A DNA stretch of 64,000 bases from Parcubacteria group bacterium GW2011_GWC1_36_108 (GCA_000991245.1 LBRD01000007.1:37539-101538), one strand, 5' to 3'. Positions 1 through 9,377 are shown, numbered from the stretch's first letter. A program made the numbers and translations. The notes: generated from the sequence alone by a model not told the origin.

Positions 1-1784
1 CGCTTGAAAAAAAATGGTTTGATTTTCTGTGGATTTTTATGGTTGCGTTTGTTGTGATTCTTGGTGTGCGAGTTTTTTTCTTGATTGTTATACGAGGAGC
101 ATATTATCAAGATGTTTCAAAAGGCAACAGTGTTCGTTCTGTTGTGATTAAAGCTCCACGTGGTAGGATTTTTGATCGCGCCGGTGTGCCGTTGGTTAAC
201 AATGTGCCGAGTATTGATGCGGTAGTAATTCCAGTGGATATTCCTAGAGATAGTGCAAAAACAAAAGAAATTGCCGAAGATGTTTCAAAAATTTTGAATA
301 TGAATGTTGAAGAAGTTTGGGTTGTGCTTGAAAAAAATGCCACTTCCAAATCGCTCAATCCTGTTTTATTGAAAGAGCACATTGAACATAATCAAGCCTT
401 GTCACTTCTTGAAAAAGGAAATGATCTTCCAGGAATTGGTATTGAAAAAACGGCAATCAGAGATTATACGGATGGACCTATATTTTCACACATTCTTGGT
501 TATGAAGGAAAAATTGAACAAAAAGAACTTGATCGTGATCAGAGCTATTTGCTTACTGATTATATTGGAAAGCAAGGAATTGAAAAATCTTATGAAAAAT
601 ATTTGCGAGGAGTTCACGGTGCGGATCAGGCAGAGGTTGATTCAATGGGCAACACCAAAAGAGAGGTGGGTATTATAAACCCAAAACCGGGTAGTGATTT
701 GATTATGAGTATTGATGCAGGACTTCAGAAAAAAATTTATGACAGCATTAATGGTATTTTGGAAAAAACAGGAACAAAAACCGCAGCAGCCGTGGCTATT
801 GATCCAAAAACTGGTCAAGTGTTGGCAATGGTTAATGTGCCAAGTTTTGATAACAACTTGTTTGCTAATAAAATTTCGGGCGATCAATATGCAAATTTGA
901 TAAATGATCCAAACAATCCACTTTTTGACAGGGCAATTTCAGGAGAATATCCTCCCGGTTCAACAATTAAGCCTGCAATTGCATCAGGTGCGCTTTCCGA
1001 AGGCGTTATAAATCCATCCACAATCATTGATGGACTTGGAGGAATGCTCCGAATAGGAAGTTATACTTTCGGAGACTGGAAAACTCACGGGCCAAGCGAT
1101 GTGCGCACGGCAATAGCTGAAAGTAATGATATTTTTTTCTATACAATTGGTGGTGGATATGGAAACGTAAGTGGACTTGGAATGACTCGAATGAAAAAAT
1201 GGTACAATTTGTTTGGATTTGGAGAACCTTCAGGTATTGATATTGGCGGGGAAGCAAGTGGATTTATTCCAGATGAAAAATGGAAACTGGATAAAATCAA
1301 GGAAAAGTGGTCAGTTGGGAATAGTTATCACGCATCAATTGGTCAAGGATATGTGACGGCAACTCCACTTCAAGTTGCAAATTATACTGCGGCAGTTGCC
1401 AATGGCGGAACATTGTATAAACCATATTTGGTTTCTCAAATAAAAAAAAGCAATGGAGAAAATATTGTTATTCAGCCAGAAATAATTCATTCTGATTTTG
1501 TTTCTTCAGATGTGCTTTCTGTTGTGCGCGAAGGTATGCGGCAAACCGTCTTGGCTGGGACAGCGCAGACACTTAAAGATATGCCAGTTGAGATTGCTGG
1601 GAAAACAGGTACTGCCGAATTTGGTAGTGAGGACAAAACTCACGCTTGGTTTGTTTCTTTTGCTCCGTATAATGATCCAGAAATTGCTATGGCAGTTTTG
1701 GTGGAAGGTGGTGGAGAGGGTCACTCCAGTGCGTTGCCCGTTACTAAGGAAGTTTATCAATGGTATTTTGGAGGCAGGCAATAG
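1..1784 (+). CDS. penicillin-binding protein 2 / FtsI-class peptidoglycan D,D-transpeptidase (5' end runs off window)
   Basis: ORF open back to base 3; N-terminal TM then 'RGRIFDRAGVPLVNN' PBP dimerisation region; transpeptidase motifs 'GSTIKP' (SxxK) and 'KTGTA'. Confidence 0.85.
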   Translation, partial: LEKKWFDFLWIFMVAFVVILGVRVFFLIVIRGAYYQDVSKGNSVRSVVIKAPRGRIFDRAGVPLVNNVPSIDAVVIPVDIPRDSAKTKEIAEDVSKILNMNVEEVWVVLEKNATSKSLNPVLLKEHIEHNQALSLLEKGNDLPGIGIEKTAIRDYTDGPIFSHILGYEGKIEQKELDRDQSYLLTDYIGKQGIEKSYEKYLRGVHGADQAEVDSMGNTKREVGIINPKPGSDLIMSIDAGLQKKIYDSINGILEKTGTKTAAAVAIDPKTGQVLAMVNVPSFDNNLFANKISGDQYANLINDPNNPLFDRAISGEYPPGSTIKPAIASGALSEGVINPSTIIDGLGGMLRIGSYTFGDWKTHGPSDVRTAIAESNDIFFYTIGGGYGNVSGLGMTRMKKWYNLFGFGEPSGIDIGGEASGFIPDEKWKLDKIKEKWSVGNSYHASIGQGYVTATPLQVANYTAAVANGGTLYKPYLVSQIKKSNGENIVIQPEIIHSDFVSSDVLSVVREGMRQTVLAGTAQTLKDMPVEIAGKTGTAEFGSEDKTHAWFVSFAPYNDPEIAMAVLVEGGGEGHSSALPVTKEVYQWYFGGRQ

Positions 1785-1789
1785 GCTTG

Positions 1790-1890
1790 ACCCCGTTAGA
1801 AATTTCACAAGTATGCATTCTTAAATATTTTGAATTAAGAAAAAAGTCTAAATACAAGTTAAAAGTAGTTTTTTGAAATTTCTAACGGGG
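1790..1890. repeat. 16-bp perfect inverted repeat (ccccgttagaaatttc / gaaatttctaacgggg) with ~69-nt loop, between PBP stop and rnpB promoter
   Basis: read directly; right arm abuts the -35 TTGACA. Confidence 0.6.
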
Positions 1891-1919
1891 TTGACAAAAT
1901 GGCTTAAAATAGCTATACT
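1891..1919 (+). promoter_or_regulatory. sigma70-type promoter TTGACA-17-TATACT driving RNase P RNA
   Basis: consensus -35/-10 with 17-bp spacer ~50 nt upstream of rnpB 5' end. Confidence 0.6.
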
Positions 1920-1968
1920 GCATCGGTTGTGCTATAATAGATAAGTTCATTGAAATTGTGGTATATCA

Positions 1969-2290
1969 AAGTAATTGAGTGGTTACCCTGATTTTTATTG
2001 GGGAGGAAAGTCCGGACATTTAGCTTCAATTTATTTTGGAGTAAAGGTAGCGGGTAACGCCCGTCCGCAGTGATGCGAGAGGTGCGAGCAGAGACGCTTT
2101 GATTCGAAAGAGTCGAGCACCCTTCGGGGTGAGTTCTTATAGTAATATGAGAAGTGAAACGGCCAAATCCTTACCTGAATGCAAGACCGTATTCCAATGC
2201 TTTGCATTGGTTTGTGTCGCTCGAGCTTGTCAGTAATGGCAAGCCCAGATAAATGATCACTAATACAGAATCCGGCTTATAGATTACTTT
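1969..2290 (+). ncRNA. rnpB: RNase P RNA (bacterial type A)
   Basis: 'GGAGGAAAGTCCGGAC' P4 region, 'ACAGAATCCGGCTTA' 3' conserved region, 5'/3' ends pair (aaagtaat / attacttt) as P1. Confidence 0.85.
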
Positions 2291-2330
2291 GATATGCTAT
2301 GAATTTAATGAGATAATTTTATTCAAAAAA

Positions 2331-3764
2331 ATGAAAAAACGCAGCGAATTATTTTTTAGTGCTATTCAGGTTCCAATGGATGCGGCAATGATATTGTTGG
2401 CAGCGCTAAGTGCTTTTGCAATTCGAAATATTCCTGAACTTTTGGCATTAAAACCAAAGTTGTATAACTTTCCATTGGAAAGTTATTTGAATATTATTTT
2501 AACGATAATTCCACTTGCATTATTTATTTATGCTATTGAGGGGCTTTATAATATTAAAGTTACTAGAAAATTTTGGCAGGAAGCTGTGAAGGTTTTTTCT
2601 GCCACTTCTATTGTTTTGGTTGTGATTATTGTGACCATCTTTCTTAAACGAGAATGGTTTTCGTCTCGTTTTATAATTCTTGCAGGATGGGTTTTGACTG
2701 TTGTATATGTGACAATCGGAAGATATGCTTTGCAAAAAATACAGAGATATCTTTTGGAAACAAGAGGTGTGGGTGTGCACAGACTTCTTTTGATAGGTAG
2801 AAATGGCAAGATGGATCAAATCTTAAATTTAATCAAACACAACGCAGCCCTGGGTTATAAAATTGTCGGACATATGGAAGCTGGCAGCATCAGAGCTGTG
2901 CGCGAGCTCAAAGAAAGAAGAGGTGTTGATGAAATTATTGTTTGCGACGCACTGCTTACGGATGAGGAACAAGAAAAATTAATCGATTATTGCGCAATTA
3001 ATAATATTTCATATAAATTTATTCCGACAAAATTGCAGACCGCAAAATTCGAAGCAGGAATTTTCAATGGGGAACCGATTATTGAAATCAGGCATACTCC
3101 ACTTGAGGGTTGGGGAAAAATATTAAAACGTACTTTTGATATAATCAGCTCAAGCATTTTAATTGTAATTCTTTCTCCATTGATGCTGCTGGTTTCATTG
3201 CTTATAAAATTCGAATCACTTTTTGAAAACAGAAAAGGGGCGCCTATTATTTATAAAAATGAGCGCATCGGAAGTGACGGAAAGAAATTTAATGTGTTCA
3301 AGTTTCGATATATGAAATGGGAGTTTTGCACAGACCCTAATACAAAAGAAGGAAAAAAGGCGTTGGAATATGAAAAAGAGTTAATTGAAAAATTAAGCAT
3401 CAAAAAAGGTCCGCTTTACAAAATTAAAAATGATCCTCGCAAAACAAAAGTGGGTGCATTTATTGAGAAATTTTCTATCGACGAGCTCCCGCAGTTTTTC
3501 AATGTATTGTTTGGGGATATGAGTTTGGTGGGTCCTCGTCCACATCAGGAAAGGGAAGTTGAAAAATATAATGAATATCACAGGCGCTTGCTTACCATTA
3601 AGCCGGGGGTTACAGGAATGGCTCAGGTTTCAGGGCGCAGCGACCTCGAGTTTGAAGATGAATATAAGCTTGATGTGTTTTATATTGAAAATTGGTCACT
3701 TTGGCAGGATATTCAAATTTGCCTCAAGACAGCCTTAGTTTTGTTTAAAAAAAGGAAGAATTGA
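2331..3764 (+). CDS. undecaprenyl-phosphate sugar phosphotransferase (WbaP / bacterial sugar transferase family)
   Basis: N-terminal TMs; C-terminal 'DELPQFFNVLFGDMSLVGPRPH...KPGVTGMAQVSGR' sugar-transferase domain; ATG at 2331 chosen because 2289 would overlap rnpB. Confidence 0.85.
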   Translation: MKKRSELFFSAIQVPMDAAMILLAALSAFAIRNIPELLALKPKLYNFPLESYLNIILTIIPLALFIYAIEGLYNIKVTRKFWQEAVKVFSATSIVLVVIIVTIFLKREWFSSRFIILAGWVLTVVYVTIGRYALQKIQRYLLETRGVGVHRLLLIGRNGKMDQILNLIKHNAALGYKIVGHMEAGSIRAVRELKERRGVDEIIVCDALLTDEEQEKLIDYCAINNISYKFIPTKLQTAKFEAGIFNGEPIIEIRHTPLEGWGKILKRTFDIISSSILIVILSPLMLLVSLLIKFESLFENRKGAPIIYKNERIGSDGKKFNVFKFRYMKWEFCTDPNTKEGKKALEYEKELIEKLSIKKGPLYKIKNDPRKTKVGAFIEKFSIDELPQFFNVLFGDMSLVGPRPHQEREVEKYNEYHRRLLTIKPGVTGMAQVSGRSDLEFEDEYKLDVFYIENWSLWQDIQICLKTALVLFKKRKN

Positions 3765-3789
3765 CAAAAACTGTAAAATAGACTATAAT
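3761..3789 (+). promoter_or_regulatory. sigma70-type promoter TTGACA-17-TATAAT
   Basis: consensus hexamers ~95 nt upstream of KH-protein gene. Confidence 0.5.
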
Positions 3790-3882
3790 TAGAGGTAGAG
3801 AAGATTAAAAATAAAATGGTTTGGTCGACTGTTTTGAACAATCTTTCTCGGTATTATAACCAGTAATTAATGAAACACAATT

Positions 3883-4236
3883 ATGACAGATGTAAGACCC
3901 ACAGACCAGGAATTTTTAGAGTTCGCTGTTAAGGCGCTCGTTGATAACCCTGGAGATGTAAAGGTAGAAAGGAAAATTGATGAAATGGGAGTTCTCATCA
4001 CGTTGGATGTAAATCCTGCAGATATGGGAATGGTAATCGGCCGAGAAGGTCAGACCGCAAAAGCCCTTCGTACAATTTTGAGAGTAATCGGTGCAAGAAA
4101 CAATGCACGCGTTAACCTTAAGATTAATGAACCAGAAGGTTCTCTTCGCGGAGAGCGAACACCAAGACCAGAGGCAGCACCAGCTCCAGAAGTAAAAAAG
4201 AGCATTGATGATGTGCTTGGAGATATGAACATCTAA
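3883..4236 (+). CDS. KH-domain RNA-binding protein (KhpA/YlqC-like) with charged C-terminal tail
   Basis: 'VIGREGQTAKALRTIL' KH GxxG-type core. Confidence 0.7.
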   Translation: MTDVRPTDQEFLEFAVKALVDNPGDVKVERKIDEMGVLITLDVNPADMGMVIGREGQTAKALRTILRVIGARNNARVNLKINEPEGSLRGERTPRPEAAPAPEVKKSIDDVLGDMNI

Positions 4237-4253
4237 TATCACTTTCGATATAA

Positions 4254-4283
4254 TAAAAACCCCGATGAAAGTCGGGGTTTTTA
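4254..4283. terminator. bidirectional intrinsic terminator (A-run, ccccga/tcgggg stem, T-run) shared by converging KH gene and folC
   Basis: stem-loop flanked by A5 and T5. Confidence 0.7.
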
Positions 4284-5780
4284 TATTTTTAAAAATGGAT
4301 AAATTGATGAAATCAAGTATAGCGATCCAGTTATTACAACTGGTTCTTTTGACGTTCTGATATTCTTAAGAATGTCAGAACGTTTGTTTTTTATGATGGA
4401 AAAGTTTTTGAAGTTTTGGGATTGCAAAAATGTTGCGATTTCTTGGTTGTCGATTGAACTCCAGTGATTGTCCATTCCTGAGGTTGAAAATTGTGTGAGC
4501 AGGATTTTGTCTGCGAGCGGGATGATATATTTCAGCATTACTTTAAAATCTTTGCCCTTTTTGAAAGCGATAACGAAAGTAAATTTTTGTGAGGGATAAA
4601 TTTTGGCAAGATTATTGCTAAGAGTTTTCATTTTTTGCGGATTGTGCGCACCATCAATAATGAGTGTTTGCCCGCCCGCAACGCTTCGCAAGTGAGCTTG
4701 CTCGCGTAGCGATGCGGGCGGGGCGCCAATCTTGCGAATTTCTAGGCGACCAGGAATTGTGATTTTTTCCAGTGCGCCTCGCAGTTTTGTTTCGTTGATT
4801 TCAATATTATCCCGCTTGGATAATATTGAAAGACAGGCAAGTGCGAGTGAGCAATTTTCGGCTTGATGAATTCCAATCAAGCCTAAATGGATATTTTTTA
4901 AAGATAGTTTTTTTTCTTTGTCATTCCGGGCTTGACCCGGAATCCAGCCGGACTTTATATCTTTAGTTATATTGCTAACTGATGATTTTAATAGGGGCTG
5001 GATTCCCGTTTTCACGGGAATGACAAGGTGAAAATCAAAAATTGTTTCTTGTGTCGTTGAAGAAATGATGGAATAATTTTTATTATTGATGATATGTAAT
5101 ACTGAATTTTTTTCTTCGCATTTATTTTTGATGACGGTTTGTGCTGCAGGCGTTTGTTGTGTGTTGATTGTTGTATTTTGGCTGTTAATTATCCCAGCTT
5201 TCTCAAGGGCGATTTCGGAAATAGTCTTTCCAAGAATTTGAGTGTGATCCAGTCCAAGTTTTGTGATGATGCAAATTTTGTTTTTGTTTGTCACGGTGTT
5301 GGTTGCATCAAGTCTTCCACCAAGCCCTGTTTCCATCACGGCGTAGTCTAGTTTTTCTTTGGCAAACATATAGAAAGCTAGCGCCACATTTATTTCAAAA
5401 AAAGTTGGCATTCCATATGAACTCTTTTCCATTTTCAAAATTGTTGGCAGGATTTGGTTGAAATATTTAAGAATCAGTTTTTCATTCGGCAGTTGATTGT
5501 TGATTTGCATTCTTTCGCGGATATCAAAAATATGTGGAGAAATTGACATTCCAACTGAAAATTCTTGGCTTTGCAGGATATGGCTGGTCAAATGGGCAGT
5601 AGAGCCTTTGCCAGAAGTCCCAGCAATGTGGATAACTTTAATTTTGTTTTGAGGATTTCCGAGCAATTTCATGAAATATTTGGCTCTTTTAAGACCAATA
5701 TCTCCCATAAACAAAGCCTCCCTCGTTGGAATGCGAGTTAGTAAAAAATCTTCAAATTGTTCCAATGTGGTAATTTTCAT
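4281..5780 (-). CDS. folC: folylpolyglutamate synthase / Mur-ligase family protein, with ~90-aa low-complexity insertion containing an in-frame repeat element
   Basis: 'IAGTSGKGST' P-loop, 'LGLDHT', 'IIDGAHNP' Mur ligase motifs; residues ~249-291 are translated repeat element. Confidence 0.75.
   Translation of the reverse strand: MKITTLEQFEDFLLTRIPTREALFMGDIGLKRAKYFMKLLGNPQNKIKVIHIAGTSGKGSTAHLTSHILQSQEFSVGMSISPHIFDIRERMQINNQLPNEKLILKYFNQILPTILKMEKSSYGMPTFFEINVALAFYMFAKEKLDYAVMETGLGGRLDATNTVTNKNKICIITKLGLDHTQILGKTISEIALEKAGIINSQNTTINTQQTPAAQTVIKNKCEEKNSVLHIINNKNYSIISSTTQETIFDFHLVIPVKTGIQPLLKSSVSNITKDIKSGWIPGQARNDKEKKLSLKNIHLGLIGIHQAENCSLALACLSILSKRDNIEINETKLRGALEKITIPGRLEIRKIGAPPASLREQAHLRSVAGGQTLIIDGAHNPQKMKTLSNNLAKIYPSQKFTFVIAFKKGKDFKVMLKYIIPLADKILLTQFSTSGMDNHWSSIDNQEIATFLQSQNFKNFSIIKNKRSDILKNIRTSKEPVVITGSLYLISSIYPFLKI
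4918..5028. repeat. MITE-like palindromic element copy A (double-hairpin ends TGTCATTCC...GGAATCCAGCC / GGCTGGATTCC...GGAATGACA), inside folC in-frame
   Basis: second copy at 29944-30043; terminal modules are inverted copies, each itself a hairpin. Confidence 0.6.
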
Positions 5781-5839
5781 GTCCTGCTATCATAGCGTTT
5801 CAATCAAAAAAAGACAAATTTCGATCGTTATTAATTTTT

Positions 5840-5883
5840 TTGGCAAATACTATCACACTCGATAGTGTGATAGTATTTGCCAA
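5840..5883. promoter_or_regulatory. perfect 19-bp-arm palindrome (ttggcaaatactatcacac-tcgata-gtgtgatagtatttgccaa), candidate operator in folC / Zn-finger-phosphatase divergent region
   Basis: read directly; no flanking U-run on either strand so not an intrinsic terminator. Confidence 0.4.
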
Positions 5884-6024
5884 TCATTGCAAACATCTTT
5901 GTGTATTGACTTATTTTGTTTTTGGTGTTAATTTGGTTTCAATCGAAGGAAGGCTTGTTGATACGGTGTTTTGCGCGAATATCGTTCAGCATTAACCTGT
6001 CCTTTTGTTTTGCTCCAGGGTAGA

Positions 6025-6102
6025 CCCCGCCATGTAACCCGAAATCCTGGAGCGAACCGAATGGTTGCGTGAGGGAGTCGCATTTTATGCGACCATGGCG
6101 GG
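6025..6102 (+). promoter_or_regulatory. structured 5' leader (ccccgccatg ... catggcggg stem enclosing a gtcgca/tgcgac hairpin) upstream of 6143 CDS
   Basis: nested complementary segments 40 nt upstream of a GGAGG RBS. Confidence 0.3.
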
Positions 6103-6142
6103 AATTCTTTAAAAATCCAAAAAATTGGAGAAAGGAGGCATT

Positions 6143-7231
6143 ATGTTTGATGACAATCGGTATCCTGACTATGTGCAAATTGAATTTGAAAAATATTTCA
6201 AGCGCTTGCGGGAAGAACTTACTTGGAATATGGTGCTTCCAAAATATTTCCGAAAAGATCAATTAAAAAAAGCGCACGAAGCTATTTATGTGAGATGTTC
6301 ATTTCACAAGGAAAGAACCGCCTCAATGCGCTTCTCTTTTTCCAGAAATATTTTTCATTGTTATGGGTGTGGTTCCGGAGGAAGTTTGTTCTCTTTTATT
6401 TCGAAAAAGGAGGGAGGGGCTTTTGAGGCGATGCTTTTTATTAGGAAGCATTTTCAAATCCTTCTGCCATTTTCCAGAAAACAGTGGCGAGCAATAAAAA
6501 CAGAAATGGCGATGATGGAAACACTGGGATTGAATTCCGATTTTCAGGCGATTGCTCTTGATGGATGGGGGGAATCTTATGTGCTTGAAGATGAGGATTG
6601 GGAAGAAATTGAAACCGAGCGGTTAAATTTTGAGTTGTCCTGTATTGATCCCGTGGAAGCTTTTTTTGATTTGAGAGATGATTGTTTTTTTCATCCCACC
6701 ACTCAAATAAAGGAAGTAAAAAAGGTTAATGTTCAAAAAAAAGAAGAGCAAATCTTGTTGGACGTAAGTGGGTTACGCTTAGAAAAGTTTATAATTATAA
6801 GGCACGGTATGTACGGTTTTGATGATCGTTTAAATGAACGTGGTCGTCAACAGATGGAGGAATTATCAAAAAAAATAGATCCACTGCTGAAAGGTGGAAA
6901 AAGTAGTCTGTTGATTTCCTCAACTGCACCCAGAGCATTGGACAGTGCGGATGTGCTTGAAGAAAAATTGTTTTTTAAGCGGCGCGAAGACCTCGAATTA
7001 TTTTGGTCAGATAATAGCCATAATTGGGATATTACAGCTGCCATAGAAGTAATTCTTGAAAAAGGAATTGATTACGAAGTGGTAATTATTGTATCTCATC
7101 TGGAATATTGCGAATATCTCCCGTGGCGTTTTATGAAAAAAGTTTTCGGTTTAGATTCTCAAAGTTTTTCTATGAATAAAGGTGATGCATGTATGTGTAA
7201 CCTAGTAGAAAAAACTTTGATAAAGTTATAA
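6143..7231 (+). CDS. fusion protein: N-terminal CHC2 (DnaG-type) zinc finger + C-terminal histidine-phosphatase (SixA/PGAM-like) domain
   Basis: 'CSFHKERTASMRFSFSRNIFHCYGCGSGG' C-x-H-x17-C-x2-C; 'IIIRHGMYGF' RHG motif; ATG at 6143 preceded by AAAGGAGG. Confidence 0.7.
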   Translation: MFDDNRYPDYVQIEFEKYFKRLREELTWNMVLPKYFRKDQLKKAHEAIYVRCSFHKERTASMRFSFSRNIFHCYGCGSGGSLFSFISKKEGGAFEAMLFIRKHFQILLPFSRKQWRAIKTEMAMMETLGLNSDFQAIALDGWGESYVLEDEDWEEIETERLNFELSCIDPVEAFFDLRDDCFFHPTTQIKEVKKVNVQKKEEQILLDVSGLRLEKFIIIRHGMYGFDDRLNERGRQQMEELSKKIDPLLKGGKSSLLISSTAPRALDSADVLEEKLFFKRREDLELFWSDNSHNWDITAAIEVILEKGIDYEVVIIVSHLEYCEYLPWRFMKKVFGLDSQSFSMNKGDACMCNLVEKTLIKL

Positions 7232-7420
7232 AATTAGGCAGTCCTTGTATTCAAGGTCTGCCTTTTTCTTTTATTTGAGCTCTTTTTTATTTTAAAAAAC
7301 CGTGGTAAAATGATAATAGCTATAAAGTTCATAAAGTTGCAAGTTATAAAGTAAAGAGCTTGTGATTTTTGTGTTCCTACCTTATGAACTTTAAGAACTT
7401 TTAACATTACAAACTTTCAT

Positions 7421-8068
7421 ATGCGATTTGATATTATCACAATTTTTCCGAAGATTTTCGATAGCTATTTTGGCGAGTCGATTGTTAAGCGTGCTAGAGA
7501 AAAGAAAATCGTGGAAATTAACGTTCATAATTTGCGGGATTATTCAGTAAACAAGCATCATAATATTGATGACACTCCATATGGCGGAGGCGCTGGAATG
7601 GTGATGCAAGTCGAGCCGATTTATCGGGCAGTGGCTGATATTCAAAAAGCTAATTTAAAAACCAGAACGATTTTGTTTTCTGCCAAAGGAAAGCGATATA
7701 AACAAAAAGATGCAAAAAGATTATCCGAGTATGATCAGCTCATTTTTGTTTGTGGAAGATATGAAGGTGTTGATGAAAGAGTGGCTGAGTTTGTTGTTGA
7801 TGAAGAAATTTCTATTGGAGACTTTGTCCTGACTGGCGGCGAAATTCCGGCAATGCTGGTGGTGGACAGTGTCACGAGATTGCTGCCGGGAGTTTTGGGT
7901 AATGATCAAAGCGCGATTGAAGAATCACATAGCGAGGAAGGATATTTGGAATTTCCACAGTACACTAAACCGGAAAAGTTTTTAAAGTGGGAAGTGCCTA
8001 GCGTGCTGCTTAGTGGAAATCATAGTGAAATTGAAAGATGGAGAAAGGAGCATTCAGGACTCAAATAA
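7421..8068 (+). CDS. trmD: tRNA (guanine37-N1)-methyltransferase
   Basis: 'MRFDIITIFPKIF', 'DDTPYGGGAGMVM' TrmD signatures. Confidence 0.9.
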   Translation: MRFDIITIFPKIFDSYFGESIVKRAREKKIVEINVHNLRDYSVNKHHNIDDTPYGGGAGMVMQVEPIYRAVADIQKANLKTRTILFSAKGKRYKQKDAKRLSEYDQLIFVCGRYEGVDERVAEFVVDEEISIGDFVLTGGEIPAMLVVDSVTRLLPGVLGNDQSAIEESHSEEGYLEFPQYTKPEKFLKWEVPSVLLSGNHSEIERWRKEHSGLK

Positions 8069-8270
8069 TTTTAAGTTTTAAATTTTAAATTTAAAATCAA
8101 TTTCCAATAAATAAATTTGAAATGTTTAAAAATTAAGACATTGAAAAATTTGGATTTGATTAAAAACTTAAAACTTAAAATTTAAAATTTGATAGTCAAA
8201 AATAAAAAGATAAAATTTTATTATTTAGTGATACTGAGATAAATCAAATTGCTATATAAACTTGACCGGT

Positions 8271-9377
8271 ATGCAAACAAAATTGGGGGATAGGACATTG
8301 CTGATAGTCGTTTCGTCATTGCTTGTTTTTGGGCTTATTATGATTGCAAGTGCTGGTGTGATTTATTCAGAGACCAGATTTGCTGACGAATACTATTTTT
8401 TTAAGCATCAATTGATCTACGGAGTTATTCCTGGTATTTTTGCACTGTATTTTTTTTCTAAGCTTGATTATCATTTTTGGAAAAAAGTTGCCGTGCCATT
8501 GTTTTTTCTTGCGGTTGTTTTTTTGATTTTGGTTTTTGTCCCTGGGGTTGGGTCGCGAGTGTATGGCGCAAGTCGTTGGCTTCAACTTGGTCCATTTTCT
8601 TTTCAACCTTCTGAAATGACAAAATTAGCAGTAATAATATATCTTGCTGCTTGGCTTGAAAGTCGAGGAATTCAAAGAATCAAGGATGTTTTTGAAGGGA
8701 TGTTACCGTTTTTGGGGATAATAGGTCTGCTCGCTTTTTTGATTATGAAGCAACCAGACACGGGAACACTGGGTGTTATTGTGCTTACTTCTTTTGCTAT
8801 TTTTTTTATTGCGGGAGCTCGTCTTTCGCATCTTGCTTCAATGGGAGCATTGGGAATGGTAGCGCTTTGGATTCTTGTTAAGATTGAACCATATCGATTC
8901 AATCGTATTTTGGCATTTCTTGACCCGAGCGCTGATCCACAAGGAATCGGTTATCAAATAAGTCAGGCATTGCTGGCGGTTGGTAGTGGCGGTTTTTTTG
9001 GAGTTGGTCTTGGTCATTCCAGGCAGAAATTTAATTATTTGCCAGAACCAGTTGGAGACAGTATTTTTGCAGTTTTGGGCGAAGAAATTGGAATGGTGGG
9101 TGCGATGATTTTGATTGCACTGTTTGTTACTTTGGCGATGAGGGGCATTAAGATTGCTAAAAACGCTCCTGATATGTTTGGCAGACTTATGGCGACAGGA
9201 ATCACATCTTGGATAATATTGCAGGCATTTATTAATATTAGTGCTAACATTGCGTTGGTTCCACTTACTGGAATTCCACTTCCATTTATCAGTTATGGCG
9301 GAACATCGCTTGTATTTTTGATGGCAGCGGTTGGTATTTTGCTTAATATATCCAAACATTCAAATTTGAATAACTAG
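8271..9377 (+). CDS. ftsW: SEDS-family peptidoglycan glycosyltransferase FtsW/RodA
   Basis: 10-TM protein, 'GASRWLQLGPFSFQPSEMTKLAVIIYLAAWL', adjacent to murG-murC. Confidence 0.85.
   Translation: MQTKLGDRTLLIVVSSLLVFGLIMIASAGVIYSETRFADEYYFFKHQLIYGVIPGIFALYFFSKLDYHFWKKVAVPLFFLAVVFLILVFVPGVGSRVYGASRWLQLGPFSFQPSEMTKLAVIIYLAAWLESRGIQRIKDVFEGMLPFLGIIGLLAFLIMKQPDTGTLGVIVLTSFAIFFIAGARLSHLASMGALGMVALWILVKIEPYRFNRILAFLDPSADPQGIGYQISQALLAVGSGGFFGVGLGHSRQKFNYLPEPVGDSIFAVLGEEIGMVGAMILIALFVTLAMRGIKIAKNAPDMFGRLMATGITSWIILQAFINISANIALVPLTGIPLPFISYGGTSLVFLMAAVGILLNISKHSNLNN

Noticed and set aside
107-382. Numerous antisense or overlapping ORFs in the six-frame track (e.g. 107-382, 24121-24954, 28855-29352, 44395-45018, 39162-39497, 63445-63768)
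   Set aside because: They lie entirely inside well-supported opposite-strand genes with recognisable motifs, have no RBS and have odd composition. They are treated as spurious.
6125-6142. TTG start at 6125 for the zinc-finger/phosphatase gene
   Set aside because: The ATG at 6143 sits 8 nt after AAAGGAGG. The upstream extension 'MEKGGI' would be translated from the RBS itself.
8069-8261. AT-rich 'tttaaaatttaaaa / aatttccaat / tttcgaattt' runs in many intergenic regions (also 9380-9580, 15250-15400, 25500-25560, 36560-36600, 45080-45180, 55780-55830)
   Set aside because: Low-complexity A/T tracts with no fixed unit or spacing. They are likely promoter UP-like or curved DNA rather than a repeat family or array.
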